From Candidatus Bathyarchaeia archaeon (GTDB lineage: Archaea > Thermoproteota > Bathyarchaeia > Bathyarchaeales > Bathycorpusculaceae): DNA of 64,000 bases. This document shows, one piece after another, positions 47,743-58,053 of this stretch; position 1 is the stretch's first letter, and every line of letters starts with the position of its first letter. The position numbers were made by a program, and so were the translations under genes. Where the stretch lies: the NCBI GenBank assembly GCA_050012255.1, contig JBEKHN010000003.1:32001-96000 (forward strand). Reading direction: 5' to 3'. The notes under the pieces are model-generated. The model had not been told where the DNA came from. It ran no database searches and worked only from the letters and a program-made list of their open reading frames with translations.

Positions 47743-49125
47743 TTGAAGTATGATGTGATAATTGTCGGCGCGGGGCCCGCTGGGATATTCTCCGCCCTAG
47801 AACTGTCCGAAAAGACTAAGCTGAGCATTCTCATGCTGGACAGAGGGCACGACATAAATCAGCGCAAGTGTCCTGCAAGCCGAGGGTTCGAGTGCGTCAA
47901 CTGTGACCCATGCACGGTCTTGTCTGGGTGGGGCGGAGCTGGAGCCTTCAGTGACGGCAAACTCACACTGTCCACGGAGGTCGGCGGGTGGTTAGACCAG
48001 TACGTTTCTGTAAAGGAACTGCATGGGCTTCTGGACTACGCGGACAGCATTTACCTGAAGTATGGGGCCCCTGAGCATGTTTACGGCACTGATGTCGAGA
48101 AGATAGAAGAGATTGAACGCAAGGCATCGCTTGCAGGTTTGAAGCTTGTTCATCAGAAGATCCGTCACATGGGCACCGAGAGATGTGCCCAAACGCTTCG
48201 AAAGATGCGGCAAGAACTAAACGGCAAGGTTGAGTTCAAACCGAGAACTGACGTGAAAGCCCTTATAGTGAAGAACAACGTTGTGGAGGGCGTTGAAACT
48301 GCAAACGGGGAGAAGTATCTTGCGAAGTATGTGATCGCTGGTCCAGGAAGAAGCGGGGCTGAATGGCTTAAGACGGAGGCTCAGACTCTGGGTTTGAAGA
48401 CGCTTAACAACCCCGTTGACGTCGGAATAAGAGTTGAAGTTTTGGCTTCGGTGATGGAAGACGTGACGAGCGTTCTTTACGAGCCGAAGCTCATATACTA
48501 TTCGAAGTCTTTCGACGATCAGGTTCGAACGTTCTGCGTTGCCCCTCACGGTGAGGTAATAACCGAATCGTACGATGGGGTTTTAACGGTCAACGGTCAA
48601 AGCTACGGTGAGAGAAAGACGGAGAACACGAACTTCGCCATTCTGGTGAGCACGTCGTTCACTGAGCCCTTCAAGGAACCCATAGCGTACGGAAAATATC
48701 TTGCCAGGCTGGGTAACCTGCTCAGCGGGAGCGTGATAATACAACGCCTGGGCGATTTGGAGTCGGGAAGAAGGTCCACTCCTGAGAGGATCGCTCGAAG
48801 CGTGGTGACTCCGACGCTGAAGAACGCGACACCGGGGGACCTGAGCTTCGTGTTGCCCTACCGCTATCTTGCAGACATAAGAGAGATGCTTCAAGCACTG
48901 GACAAGCTCACTCCGGGGCTGCACTCGCGAGACACGCTGTTGTACGGTATTGAGGTCAAGTTCTACTCGTCAAGGCTGCAGCTGAGCCATTGTTTGGAAA
49001 CGAAGATTCACAACCTCTTCACGGTAGGAGATGGAGCCGGCGTAACTAGGGGTCTGATTCAGGCTTCAGCGTCCGGCGTAATCGCTTCAACAGAGATAGT
49101 CAAGAGGGAGCAGCAGAAGGCATAG
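47743..49125 (+). CDS. FAD-dependent oxidoreductase (COG2509 type)
   Basis: GAGPAG, GGAGAFSDGKL, RH.GT, VRTFC, GDGAG.TRGL. Confidence 0.9.
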   Translation: MKYDVIIVGAGPAGIFSALELSEKTKLSILMLDRGHDINQRKCPASRGFECVNCDPCTVLSGWGGAGAFSDGKLTLSTEVGGWLDQYVSVKELHGLLDYADSIYLKYGAPEHVYGTDVEKIEEIERKASLAGLKLVHQKIRHMGTERCAQTLRKMRQELNGKVEFKPRTDVKALIVKNNVVEGVETANGEKYLAKYVIAGPGRSGAEWLKTEAQTLGLKTLNNPVDVGIRVEVLASVMEDVTSVLYEPKLIYYSKSFDDQVRTFCVAPHGEVITESYDGVLTVNGQSYGERKTENTNFAILVSTSFTEPFKEPIAYGKYLARLGNLLSGSVIIQRLGDLESGRRSTPERIARSVVTPTLKNATPGDLSFVLPYRYLADIREMLQALDKLTPGLHSRDTLLYGIEVKFYSSRLQLSHCLETKIHNLFTVGDGAGVTRGLIQASASGVIASTEIVKREQQKA

Positions 49126-49130
49126 AGCAC

Positions 49131-49883
49131 ATGGGTGTGGTACAGGAGATTAAATGTTCACACTGCGGCGCGCCAATAGCGTTCGAGCCAGGCGAAATGC
49201 TGGCAACGTGCAAGTACTGTGGTTTCACTGTTGTCATAGAGACTGGGCAGCCCTTCACTTTTGAACACTCTCTTTTGCTTAACAAATACGACCCGTCGCA
49301 GGTCGAGGAACCGGTCAGAAGCTGGATGCGGGAGGGTTTTCTAAAACCCTCAGACCTCGCGAGGAAATCAAAGATAGTCGAGAAAGAACTGATTTACTTA
49401 CCGTTCTGGGTTGTTTCAGTCGAGGCCAGAAGCAGTTACAAGGGGATTTTCGAGCGGATAACTCCTGCTGTCGAGAAGGAAGGAACAATCGAGAAAGAGT
49501 ACGATTGGCTCGTCTTGGCAAGGAAGGCGACGGAGTTTCCTACAAGGGATTATGAGGTGCCGTTGGAAGGGAAGATCCCTTACGACTTCCGGAGGATTGA
49601 AGCCTTCGCCAAAGTTCTTAACAGCGAAATGGACAAGAACCATGCTGAAGAGCAGGCAAAGCAGGAGATTGAAGACAACCATCGATTTCTGGCTCAGCAA
49701 GACGTGGACAAGATAGTTGACATGAAGACTGAAGTGAAGATAGAAGAGACGGTCTACCTGCACACGCCTCTATGGTTTGTAAAATACGAGTACAAGGGCA
49801 AGGATTACCAGCTGATCGTGGACGGTGCAACGGGGACCGCCATAAAGGGCGACATTCCACCCGCGGGCTTCGGAATATTCTGA
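49131..49883 (+). CDS. Zn-ribbon protein associated with SPFH module
   Basis: CSHCGA...CKYCG; YLPFW; P.W...Y.Y.G..Y...VDG.TG. Confidence 0.8.
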   Translation: MGVVQEIKCSHCGAPIAFEPGEMLATCKYCGFTVVIETGQPFTFEHSLLLNKYDPSQVEEPVRSWMREGFLKPSDLARKSKIVEKELIYLPFWVVSVEARSSYKGIFERITPAVEKEGTIEKEYDWLVLARKATEFPTRDYEVPLEGKIPYDFRRIEAFAKVLNSEMDKNHAEEQAKQEIEDNHRFLAQQDVDKIVDMKTEVKIEETVYLHTPLWFVKYEYKGKDYQLIVDGATGTAIKGDIPPAGFGIF

Positions 49884-49936
49884 TCAAACTTTAAAAGCAA
49901 CGATATAACTAGTAGTCGAATAAAAACTGCGAGGAA

Positions 49937-50284
49937 ATGACAATGAAAACTGAACGCAAGCGTTTCAGCTACGGCGTCGGAGCTCTTGCCGTTATAGCCA
50001 TTTCCATCGGCGTCGCCGCGATAGTATACAGTCTCGGCATGCTTGCCTTCAACGCGTACAATCTTCTTGCATGGATTATCGGTCCTTGGGGAGTATACAC
50101 AGTCGTTTACTCGTTTGCGGCCAGTGGCGAATCAACCTATTATCTAGTCTGGGGAACCGTGATGGTTGCCGTGAGCGTCGTGGCAGGTTTCTACAACGTT
50201 ATACCAGCACTACTTGTCCTGGGAATACTGCTCATAGCTCTCGCAGTGATAGGAATAGCAGCATATTTGAGGGGTAGAAAATGA
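49937..50284 (+). CDS. Four-TM membrane protein
   Basis: Four hydrophobic segments; ATGA overlap with next gene. Confidence 0.8.
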   Translation: MTMKTERKRFSYGVGALAVIAISIGVAAIVYSLGMLAFNAYNLLAWIIGPWGVYTVVYSFAASGESTYYLVWGTVMVAVSVVAGFYNVIPALLVLGILLIALAVIGIAAYLRGRK

Positions 50285-50817
50285 GTGGAAAAGACTATTT
50301 AGACAAGGTGAAGGGGGAAAGAACTCTTCTTGAGAGGATGATGGGCTACATCCCTGGATACAGAGGTTACAAAGAAAAGGAGCTGAGACGTGAAAGCGAC
50401 CGTCTTGTAAGGATGGAAGCCGTCAGCAGACTCAAGGCTGCCAAGAACCCGATCAGAATGGCTTTTGCAAACCCAGCGGTGGTTCAGAAGCTTTCCCAGG
50501 GTGACGCGTACAGGATTGACGCTTTCAATTCTCGTCTCGACAGAATCACCCAGCGAATAGACAGAGCAGTCGCGGGCTACGCAGGCATGTTTGACGCGGT
50601 GAAGGTCAAAGAGGACAAGCTTGACTCGGTGACTCAATACGACGTGAGCTTGATAGAGAAAGCCGAAGAAATAAAAGCTGGCAGTGAACAGGTCGCCAAG
50701 ATGCAGCCGGGAAACGACGATTGGGGAACGGCGATGGACGCGCTGACGTCCAAGGTTGAGGAATTTGACGGTTTGATCGACAAGAGGTCGGAGATGCTCA
50801 GAGCTTTAGCAGGATGA
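50281..50817 (+). CDS. Helical-bundle hypothetical protein
   Basis: IPGY.GY..KE.RRE.D motif; predominantly helical composition. Confidence 0.8.
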   Translation: MSGKDYLDKVKGERTLLERMMGYIPGYRGYKEKELRRESDRLVRMEAVSRLKAAKNPIRMAFANPAVVQKLSQGDAYRIDAFNSRLDRITQRIDRAVAGYAGMFDAVKVKEDKLDSVTQYDVSLIEKAEEIKAGSEQVAKMQPGNDDWGTAMDALTSKVEEFDGLIDKRSEMLRALAG

Positions 50818-50845
50818 CCTCGGGAACTGTAAGGAGGTGAATTGA

Positions 50846-51895
50846 ATGCCAAAAGTTATTGAATGGGTTGGAGCGAGAGATGGAGACATGGTCTGGAAGT
50901 ATCCCAGCGAGGATATTGGCTGGGGAGACAACCTCATAGTCCACGAGTACGAAGCCGCAGTGTTCTTCAGGGACGGAAAAGCCTACGACGTGTTCACGGC
51001 AGGGCGTCATGTCCTGTCTACGGCAAACCTTCCGCTGCTGACGAAAATCTTCTCGAAGATCGCCGGGTTCGGCAGGACTCCATTCACGTCCACAATATTC
51101 TTTGTGTCGCTGAAACAGTTCCAGGGCAAGTTCGGAGCGCAAGGACAGACTAAGGAACTCGCACCTCTGAAGTTCTTCGGAGGCTTCTGGTTCAGAGTTG
51201 AAGAGATAAACCTATTCGTGAACGAGGTGGTCGGCGGCCAGGGACTGTTTACAACAGATGGACTGCAAGACTTCCTGAGGGGCTACTTCAACCAGAGACT
51301 AATCGACAATCTGAGTCAGTACTCACTTTCAGACGTTTATGGCAAGCTGGACGACACAAGCCTTCTTGCAAAGAACGTTCTGTTCGACGCCTTTCACAGG
51401 ATAGGCCTCGAACTGATCGAGGTGAAGTTTGAAGGGATCGATACCACTCCAGAGTGGAGGGACAGACTGTTCTACGTGAAGACAGGGGTAAGCGCAGCAG
51501 AAGTCCTCAGGATGGAGACGGTTCAAAAGTCAAGCGAAAGCCTGTCAAAGAGTACAGGAGGAGCAGCGATCGGGGCTGGGGCAGTGCTCATTCCACCGCT
51601 ATTCCAACAACCAGCAGGTCAGGCTCAGCAGGTCATGGTAGTCTGCCCGAAATGCGGTTTCCAGAACCCACAAGCTTCGAAGTTCTGCAACAACTGCGGC
51701 GCACCTATGCAGCCAAGTGCACAGGCGGCAGCAACTGTCAACTGTCCCAAGTGTGGAACTGCAAACCCGACCACTGCGAAGTTCTGCGTCAACTGCGGAG
51801 CCCAAATGCAAGCAACTGTGAAATGTGCGAAATGCGGAACTGAGGCCCCTGCAGGGACAAAGTTCTGCCCCAACTGCGGAGCAAAACTGAAGTAG
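50846..51895 (+). CDS. SPFH/band-7 (YdjI-like) protein with three C-terminal Zn ribbons
   Basis: LIV.E.E.AVF.RDG, G.H.L.T.NLP; 3x CxxCG...KFCxxCG. Confidence 0.9.
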   Translation: MPKVIEWVGARDGDMVWKYPSEDIGWGDNLIVHEYEAAVFFRDGKAYDVFTAGRHVLSTANLPLLTKIFSKIAGFGRTPFTSTIFFVSLKQFQGKFGAQGQTKELAPLKFFGGFWFRVEEINLFVNEVVGGQGLFTTDGLQDFLRGYFNQRLIDNLSQYSLSDVYGKLDDTSLLAKNVLFDAFHRIGLELIEVKFEGIDTTPEWRDRLFYVKTGVSAAEVLRMETVQKSSESLSKSTGGAAIGAGAVLIPPLFQQPAGQAQQVMVVCPKCGFQNPQASKFCNNCGAPMQPSAQAAATVNCPKCGTANPTTAKFCVNCGAQMQATVKCAKCGTEAPAGTKFCPNCGAKLK

Positions 51896-52016
51896 CCAAC
51901 TCCCCTCTTTCACATCTATCTGCTCTCATCCTCTTTCTTGCGAGTGCCAGATGTAATGCTATTATGTAACATTTTTATCTCCATCCGGTTTATGCTATGG
52001 GAGAGCACGGTTCGGC

Positions 52017-53624
52017 ATGAGCGAGAAGATAATCGGTCACGGCACTTGGTACGACAAGATGGCCGCAAAAGTCGTGACCAGAGAGCGGAAGCTTGGAAGA
52101 AGCTTGAACTTGGTTAAAACCGAAATGGGCATAGCTGCTTCGGGCTTTCCTCACGTGGGCAACCTGAGTGACGCGGCCAGGTCTTTTGCTGTGACCCTGG
52201 CGCTTAGAGAGCAGGGCTTTAACTCTGAACTTGTCGCTTTCAGCGATGACAAGGATGGGTTACGAAAGGTTCCAGCTGGAATGCCCGATTCGCTGAAAGA
52301 GCACCTGGGTCGACCCGTCACGGACATTCCTGACTTTTACGGCTGCCACGGTAGCTACGGAGAACACATGTCCCTTCTTCTGCGCGAGGCCTTAGACAAG
52401 TGCGGTATCGATTACAAGTTCATGTCTGCCACTGAAGTCTATAGGAAAGGCTTGTTCAACGAAGAGATCAGGACGATGCTTCTGAGTGCAAAGAGAATAG
52501 GAGAAATAGTCAAAGAGGAGATCGGTCAAGAAAAGTTTCTGGAAGCTCTGCCTTACTTTGCTGTTTGTGAAAACTGCGGCCGCATATACACGACTAAAGC
52601 CTATGATTTTTTGCCAAAAGAGAATAAGATCCTTTACAAATGCGAAGGCATGGAGGTCAAGGGGCAATGGCTGCAGGGCTGCGGCCGCCAAGGAGAAGTC
52701 GACTACAGAAGCGGCATGGGTAAACTCAGCTGGAAGGGCGAGTTTGCCGTTCGATGGAAAGCCTTAGACATCAGGTTTGAGGCTTTCGGAAAAGACGTTG
52801 CCGACTCTGTGCGCGTCAACGACCGCATCTGCCGCGAAATATTGAACTGGGAGCCGCCCGTGCACGCGAAATACGAGCTGTTCTTGGGCAAGAGCGGCAG
52901 GAGATTCTCAAAGTCGGCTGGATTCTTGTTGACACCGCAAACGTGGTTCAAGTATGGCTCTCCACAGTCGGTCATGCTTCTGCTGCTGAAACGATTCGTC
53001 GGTTCTCGTGCGTTAGACGCTACAGACATCCCAACATACATGGACGAGCTGGACTCTCTGGAAGACGTGTACTTCGGAAAGAAGGCAGCAAAAGACGAGC
53101 GTGAACGCGCAAAGCTGACGGGTCTATTTGAGTACTGCTTTGCATTGCACGTTCCAGCGAAACCAAGCCTGCACGTACCGTACAACTTATTAACTTACTT
53201 GGCAAAAGTCGCTCCCAAAGGCAGTGAGGAAGCATACGTCGTTGATAAGCTTCGAAGCTACGGCTACTTGAAGCAAGGACAAACATTGGATGAGGCTTCA
53301 AGGAAACGCGTTGAGTACGCATTCAATTGGGCAAGGGATTTTGAAGAGATTAAGGAAGCATCAGTTCCCTTGAAAGAAGAGGAAAGAGTTGCAGTGACAG
53401 AACTGGTAAAGATGCTAGCAGCTGAAGATGAACCTGAAAAAATACAGAACGCCGTATTCAACACCGCCAAGAAGCACGGTTTGCAGCCGAGCAGCTTCTT
53501 CAAGACGATATACACGGTCCTCTTGGGTGCGCCTCAAGGTCCAAGACTTGGCCCCTACATAATCGCGATGGGAAAACAAAACGTGATCGACGCTCTGGAT
53601 CGCGCTTTAGGAAACCAAAGCTAA
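52017..53624 (+). CDS. lysS: Lysine--tRNA ligase, class I
   Basis: SG.PHVGN, DD.DGLRKVP, GKL.WK, E.FGKD, FSKS, GPRLG. Confidence 0.96.
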   Translation: MSEKIIGHGTWYDKMAAKVVTRERKLGRSLNLVKTEMGIAASGFPHVGNLSDAARSFAVTLALREQGFNSELVAFSDDKDGLRKVPAGMPDSLKEHLGRPVTDIPDFYGCHGSYGEHMSLLLREALDKCGIDYKFMSATEVYRKGLFNEEIRTMLLSAKRIGEIVKEEIGQEKFLEALPYFAVCENCGRIYTTKAYDFLPKENKILYKCEGMEVKGQWLQGCGRQGEVDYRSGMGKLSWKGEFAVRWKALDIRFEAFGKDVADSVRVNDRICREILNWEPPVHAKYELFLGKSGRRFSKSAGFLLTPQTWFKYGSPQSVMLLLLKRFVGSRALDATDIPTYMDELDSLEDVYFGKKAAKDERERAKLTGLFEYCFALHVPAKPSLHVPYNLLTYLAKVAPKGSEEAYVVDKLRSYGYLKQGQTLDEASRKRVEYAFNWARDFEEIKEASVPLKEEERVAVTELVKMLAAEDEPEKIQNAVFNTAKKHGLQPSSFFKTIYTVLLGAPQGPRLGPYIIAMGKQNVIDALDRALGNQS

Positions 53625-53733
53625 AAGACGGTGCGCGCACTGCAAGATTATGTCCGGCACAGTTTGTGAGAATTGTTTTTCTCAGCGCAAGGAATTTATT
53701 CTCTCAACACATATGGGTTCAAAGGTGTTCAAA

Positions 53734-53976
53734 ATGGTTGAGTCTTTCGTATTAGTCAGAGTAGGCACAAGCGAAGCTATGAGTTTCACGAAGACGATCA
53801 GAGAGGTACTCTGTAAAACCAAAGGTGTCAAAGACGTTTACGGAGTCTTTGGACGTTGGGACTTCGTCATCAAAGTGGAGACAAAGACGCTTGAAGACTT
53901 GGGAAAACTAGTCACCGATTGCATAAGGGGCATCAGCGGAGTAGTTTCCACAGAGACGCTGATAATAGGTTTCTAG
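53734..53976 (+). CDS. Stand-alone Lrp/AsnC ligand-binding domain protein
   Basis: VFGRWD...KVE, IR.I.GV.STETLI; no HTH. Confidence 0.85.
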   Translation: MVESFVLVRVGTSEAMSFTKTIREVLCKTKGVKDVYGVFGRWDFVIKVETKTLEDLGKLVTDCIRGISGVVSTETLIIGF

Positions 53977-54140
53977 CAAGACTTGCGGCCGACACATTTT
54001 CCACAATTTTTTTCCGCGTGCGCATCATTATTTTGTCTACAGAACATATTCCGGCTGCAGGGGGCTGAAGAAGCGATTCTGTTAACTAAGAATTCTAGCG
54101 TTTCGAGCGTGCGGAAGACAAATATAGAATCGCTGAGTTT

Positions 54141-55319
54141 TTGATCAAATCGAGTGTGAAGGAGATTAAAAGTAAGGTTAGCCGTATTGGGTACATCAAC
54201 AGGATCATGGACAACCTGTTAAACGTTAGAAAGAGAGAGCTAAACCCGTTGTACGAAGACCTCAAGTCTGCTGACTGCGTGGTCTGCGGTGGGTCTGGCA
54301 GGTCGTTGTATTCTCTTAATGCAGCGATGAGTCAGATTGCGATCAGCCACATAGGCTGGAGGAACAAGGTTGTGCTAACCCCGGATGATCCGGGTTTTCC
54401 GGGGAAGAACATGTATGATGCTGCGGCGGAGCTTGAAAGGCGTTACAACAAGACGTTGCTCTTGATAAACTCTGGTAGCGGCGTGTCTGGAGACCCATTG
54501 GGGCTGGCCCAGGACCTTTGCAGGTATATTGGCGAGAAGAAGACTTCAAAGTTTTCCATAGGCCTCATTACGTCTAGTTTGAGTTCACCATTGGCAGAAA
54601 TTGTATCTAAAAGTGGACATGTCGTCGAGCTCAGAGGCCGCGGGAGGGCGAAACCTTCGCTTGATTATGGCAAGACAGGGATCATGGGCGATGTCTTCGA
54701 ATTGGGCAGTCTTCTTCTTCTATCCATGATGACGGAAGCCATTTTTCGAAACTTGGAGGCAAGTGAAGTGTTTCGTCTCTGCGAAGAAGAGTTTGCCAAG
54801 CTGGGGCCGTTGGTGGACTCAATAGTTGAGTCTGAAGTCTACACGCATCTTGTCGACATCTTGGAAAAACGGACAAGCGTGTTTCTCGGCGGAAAAGGTA
54901 CTGGAAGCGAAATAGTCAAGATGGTTGCAGTAAGGCTCTTTCACATCAAGAGCACGCTGGGAGACAACGTGTACATAGCCAGAGGTGTGAACACGCCGCC
55001 TCCGAGACCGGGCGACCTTGAAATTCTAGTGTCCTTCTCTGGCGAAACCAAGCCCGTCATAGCCTGGGCAGACACTTTGAAGAAATTGAACGGAACGGTT
55101 CTTTCAATCACTGGAACAAGAAAATCCACTCTGACTGAAAAGTCAGACCTGCAAATAGTGTTGGATGAAGAAACTAAGCCAGGACAACCTAGAAGGTTCT
55201 ACATGAGGACAGCGTACGTCCTGAGCCCACTGCCAGTCAGGCTGGTCGAGAGACTGGGAGAAAAGGGGTTAAAGCTGCCCGAATACATAATCAACTGGCA
55301 TCACTCGCTCACCGATTAG
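54141..55319 (+). CDS. Tandem SIS-domain protein (hexulose-6-phosphate isomerase-like)
   Basis: GSGRS, NSGSG, MGD.FE in repeat 1; SFSGET, ITG...S.L in repeat 2. Confidence 0.75.
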   Translation: MIKSSVKEIKSKVSRIGYINRIMDNLLNVRKRELNPLYEDLKSADCVVCGGSGRSLYSLNAAMSQIAISHIGWRNKVVLTPDDPGFPGKNMYDAAAELERRYNKTLLLINSGSGVSGDPLGLAQDLCRYIGEKKTSKFSIGLITSSLSSPLAEIVSKSGHVVELRGRGRAKPSLDYGKTGIMGDVFELGSLLLLSMMTEAIFRNLEASEVFRLCEEEFAKLGPLVDSIVESEVYTHLVDILEKRTSVFLGGKGTGSEIVKMVAVRLFHIKSTLGDNVYIARGVNTPPPRPGDLEILVSFSGETKPVIAWADTLKKLNGTVLSITGTRKSTLTEKSDLQIVLDEETKPGQPRRFYMRTAYVLSPLPVRLVERLGEKGLKLPEYIINWHHSLTD

Positions 55320-55331
55320 GAACTCGCCGTC

Positions 55332-55649
55332 CTAAGACGTTCGCGTGTGTGCACCGGTCTTTCCAAAGATCTCTTCCAGTCTTCGCTTGTGAACCTCGCG
55401 AGTGGTGAGCGGGTAAATTTCTCTTTCGGTGTAGAAGAACAGCGGGTCTTCACCCACTATGCTTGCAAGTTGTTCATCCGAGTCTGCGTTCACTACCAGA
55501 ACATCGCCTTGATGACCTATCAGATGATACGAAACCTCAACAGTCTTCTTCTTTTCCAACGCATCAAGATACTTGAAGTGTGCCGGAAGAAGCTTAGCCC
55601 AGACATCCACACTGGTCTGTCTCATCTTTGTGATTATCAAGAACTTCAT
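55332..55649 (-). CDS. Muconolactone isomerase/YCII-like dimeric alpha-beta barrel
   Basis: MKFLI, H..YL..L, NADS.E.L......PL, EIYPL. Confidence 0.7.
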   Translation of the reverse strand: MKFLIITKMRQTSVDVWAKLLPAHFKYLDALEKKKTVEVSYHLIGHQGDVLVVNADSDEQLASIVGEDPLFFYTEREIYPLTTREVHKRRLEEIFGKTGAHTRTS

Positions 55650-55718
55650 TTCAAATCGTTTTTCACTCTTACGCCCAAGATATAAATGACTTTTGGAAAA
55701 ATGCGGGTCTATCTGTTC

Positions 55719-55825
55719 TAGAGAAAGAGATCAGTTAGCTCGTGCATGGATAATGTTGAGGGTTTTGAAAAACTAGGAAGAAGGTTCCGAATTTCTTCTC
55801 TACTATACCCACATCATTTCCCACC
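55719..55825. repeat. Diverged direct repeat A, paired with 58054-58162
   Basis: Colinear shared blocks aagagat.agt.agct, tgttga.gg.tttgaa, aaactaggaagaa, atttccca. Confidence 0.7.
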
Positions 55826-57073
55826 CGGCGTACGCGCCTTGGTCTTCCACCTGAGCAGTGGAATCCCCACAGTTGTGATCACTGCGGTTGCCAAAATCAC
55901 GACGACCGTTATGTTGATATAGAGGGGTGACAACTGCTGGAAAACTAGCCCCACTTCCGGATATTTTACAGGATCTGCATATTGCAATGGCAAAGTGGCC
56001 AGTACGGCTGAGGCCAGCCCCCTTGTCAGCAATACACTCATGATTGATCTTTCATTGATCAGGTCGCTTCGAATAGTCGCTATGTGAACAGCTCCAAATC
56101 TTATCAGGAGCAAGGTCAAAGCAAGTGTTATTCCTATCATAACCGTTTTGAGATTGGGCGACGTGGCAATCAGACCTATGTAAACAAAGAAGAATGCTCT
56201 CAACAGGAAAGCTATTTCAGATTCAAACCGCTTCAGTCCCGCGTCAACAACCTGACTTGATGGTTTTTTCATTCTGAGTATTCCATAGATCTCCTTCTCG
56301 TTCCCTAACACTATGCCAAAGAGCAGAGAACAAAGTGCTCCGCTTCCGCCTAATACTTCTGAGAGTGCATAGGCCAGTAGGGCGATACCTAGAGTAAGCA
56401 TGTAAGAGTATGATGCTTTAATGATGCGTTTCAACATGCTAAGCCAACCGACGCCGATGATTATCCCGAGCATCGCTCCAATAGAAAATCTGCTTGCCAA
56501 TGACTTGGCAATAGTCGGTAAATCAACGGTTCCTTTCAACACTATTATCTCAATGATGACTAATGACAATACAATGCACAGGATGTCATTGATGGCTGAT
56601 TCTAGACTCAGGATTGTTGAGCCTCTTTGGCTCAACCCGATTCTGGATGCCAAAGACATCACGATTATGCTGCTGCTTCCTCCAACGATTGTTCCAAACA
56701 GAATAGAATACAGAGGAGAAACGTTTGGAATGACCAAAAAATACATCAACAAACTGGTTACCATGGCACTTGATGCGAACCCTGCCGTGGCAAGAACGGC
56801 TGCTCTTGGGCTCTCAGAAAAGACGCGGTATATATTCATGGTCATTCCACCATCAAACAATATGAAAACCAAAGCCAACGCTGCCAAGTAAGGGACCAAG
56901 CTCATCACAGAGGTGACATCCACTAACCCTGTTGCTGGTCCAACAAGCATGCCCAAGACTATTAGGAACAGCATATCTGGCAAGCCTTTGCGCTCAAGCA
57001 GATAGTTGCTCAAAAACCCTATTACAATTATTATACCACCGAGTATTAGGGCAAATGTCACGGGATCAAACAA
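55814..57073 (-). CDS. Cation:proton antiporter (CPA1, NhaP-like)
   Basis: ILFDGG, LESA.ND, F...FF..IG, RGLA.AVLA; many TM helices. Confidence 0.92.
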   Translation of the reverse strand: MFDPVTFALILGGIIIVIGFLSNYLLERKGLPDMLFLIVLGMLVGPATGLVDVTSVMSLVPYLAALALVFILFDGGMTMNIYRVFSESPRAAVLATAGFASSAMVTSLLMYFLVIPNVSPLYSILFGTIVGGSSSIIVMSLASRIGLSQRGSTILSLESAINDILCIVLSLVIIEIIVLKGTVDLPTIAKSLASRFSIGAMLGIIIGVGWLSMLKRIIKASYSYMLTLGIALLAYALSEVLGGSGALCSLLFGIVLGNEKEIYGILRMKKPSSQVVDAGLKRFESEIAFLLRAFFFVYIGLIATSPNLKTVMIGITLALTLLLIRFGAVHIATIRSDLINERSIMSVLLTRGLASAVLATLPLQYADPVKYPEVGLVFQQLSPLYINITVVVILATAVITTVGIPLLRWKTKARTPGGK

Positions 57074-57226
57074 ATCGGGCCACGGCTCTAAATAGAGTGT
57101 AAGATCTGGTTTAAAGGATTTATTTTGTGCATCAGCTCAGCACCACATGCTGGCTGGGTCTCATGTCGCCTGTCGAGATCAAACAGTTAATATCTGCGCT
57201 GGAGACGCACGAGCAAGTCTGCACCC

Positions 57227-57790
57227 TCACCAGATCTTATCAACCTTCAAGTGAGTTAAGAACCCTATCACGCCGCAGAACTGAAAGAAGAAGATCTTGA
57301 CCAAATCTCTAATTGACAAAGGTAGGCCAGCAAAGCCAAGGAAGCCCACTGCAAACAAAAATGTGCCATAAATGACCAACGATCTGAAGTTGTGATATGT
57401 TTCCATTGTCCTCCAACTCAACCGAACTCCAGAAAATAAGAGCCAAACAAGCAAAGGTGCAAACAGAAGCAGCGCATATTTCTGGTACCACGGAAGGTCA
57501 GTGCCCTCAGGTTCATACTTTTTCCCTCTGTAGATTGAAGGAAGATCAGGAAGGAAGTTACTGTAGAAATACACGATCAATCCCCACAGCATTGAACCCC
57601 AAACATTTTCACCAAAGACGAATTGGTATCCAAAAAAGTAAGCCAGACCTAAAGGTAAAATCAGCCAAACGAACACTTCAACTGAGGACTTAACATGTTC
57701 AGACGTCTCCTCCTTCATGCGCCAAACTGGAAACCTGGAGCCGATTTTGCGATTGATGCTCTTGAAAGAATGCAACACGAAACCATACAA
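57227..57790 (-). CDS. Membrane protein, possibly metal-dependent hydrolase-like
   Basis: Several TMs; LPDL, YH, G..THL..D. Confidence 0.65.
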   Translation of the reverse strand: MYGFVLHSFKSINRKIGSRFPVWRMKEETSEHVKSSVEVFVWLILPLGLAYFFGYQFVFGENVWGSMLWGLIVYFYSNFLPDLPSIYRGKKYEPEGTDLPWYQKYALLLFAPLLVWLLFSGVRLSWRTMETYHNFRSLVIYGTFLFAVGFLGFAGLPLSIRDLVKIFFFQFCGVIGFLTHLKVDKIW

Positions 57791-58053
57791 TGCCTCGTAT
57801 AACCCTCTGAACGCGTCATGAACCTTTGCGAAAAACTTCCTAAGCCTAGATTTTGTCGCAAACGGTCACCCAATAACCGCTGTATTCTCCTCGATCAGGT
57901 TCTTTAACCCTTTGGACTATCCATTCATCGGAGAGTTTGGCAAATGGCGGAAAATGCTCAAGAAGAAAAAACGGCTATATTCAACACCGAAGTCGGGCCT
58001 AACTGGCCTTTAGAAAAAAAGCTTTCGGAAAACAACGCGACTTCCTCCGATCG

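Noticed and set aside
57125-57172. Fluoride riboswitch-like sequence upstream of the antiporter (GGCGAC...GCTGATG on the minus strand)
   Set aside because: The core GGCGATG..GTTCGCC pairing and pseudoknot are not formed; only fragments match.
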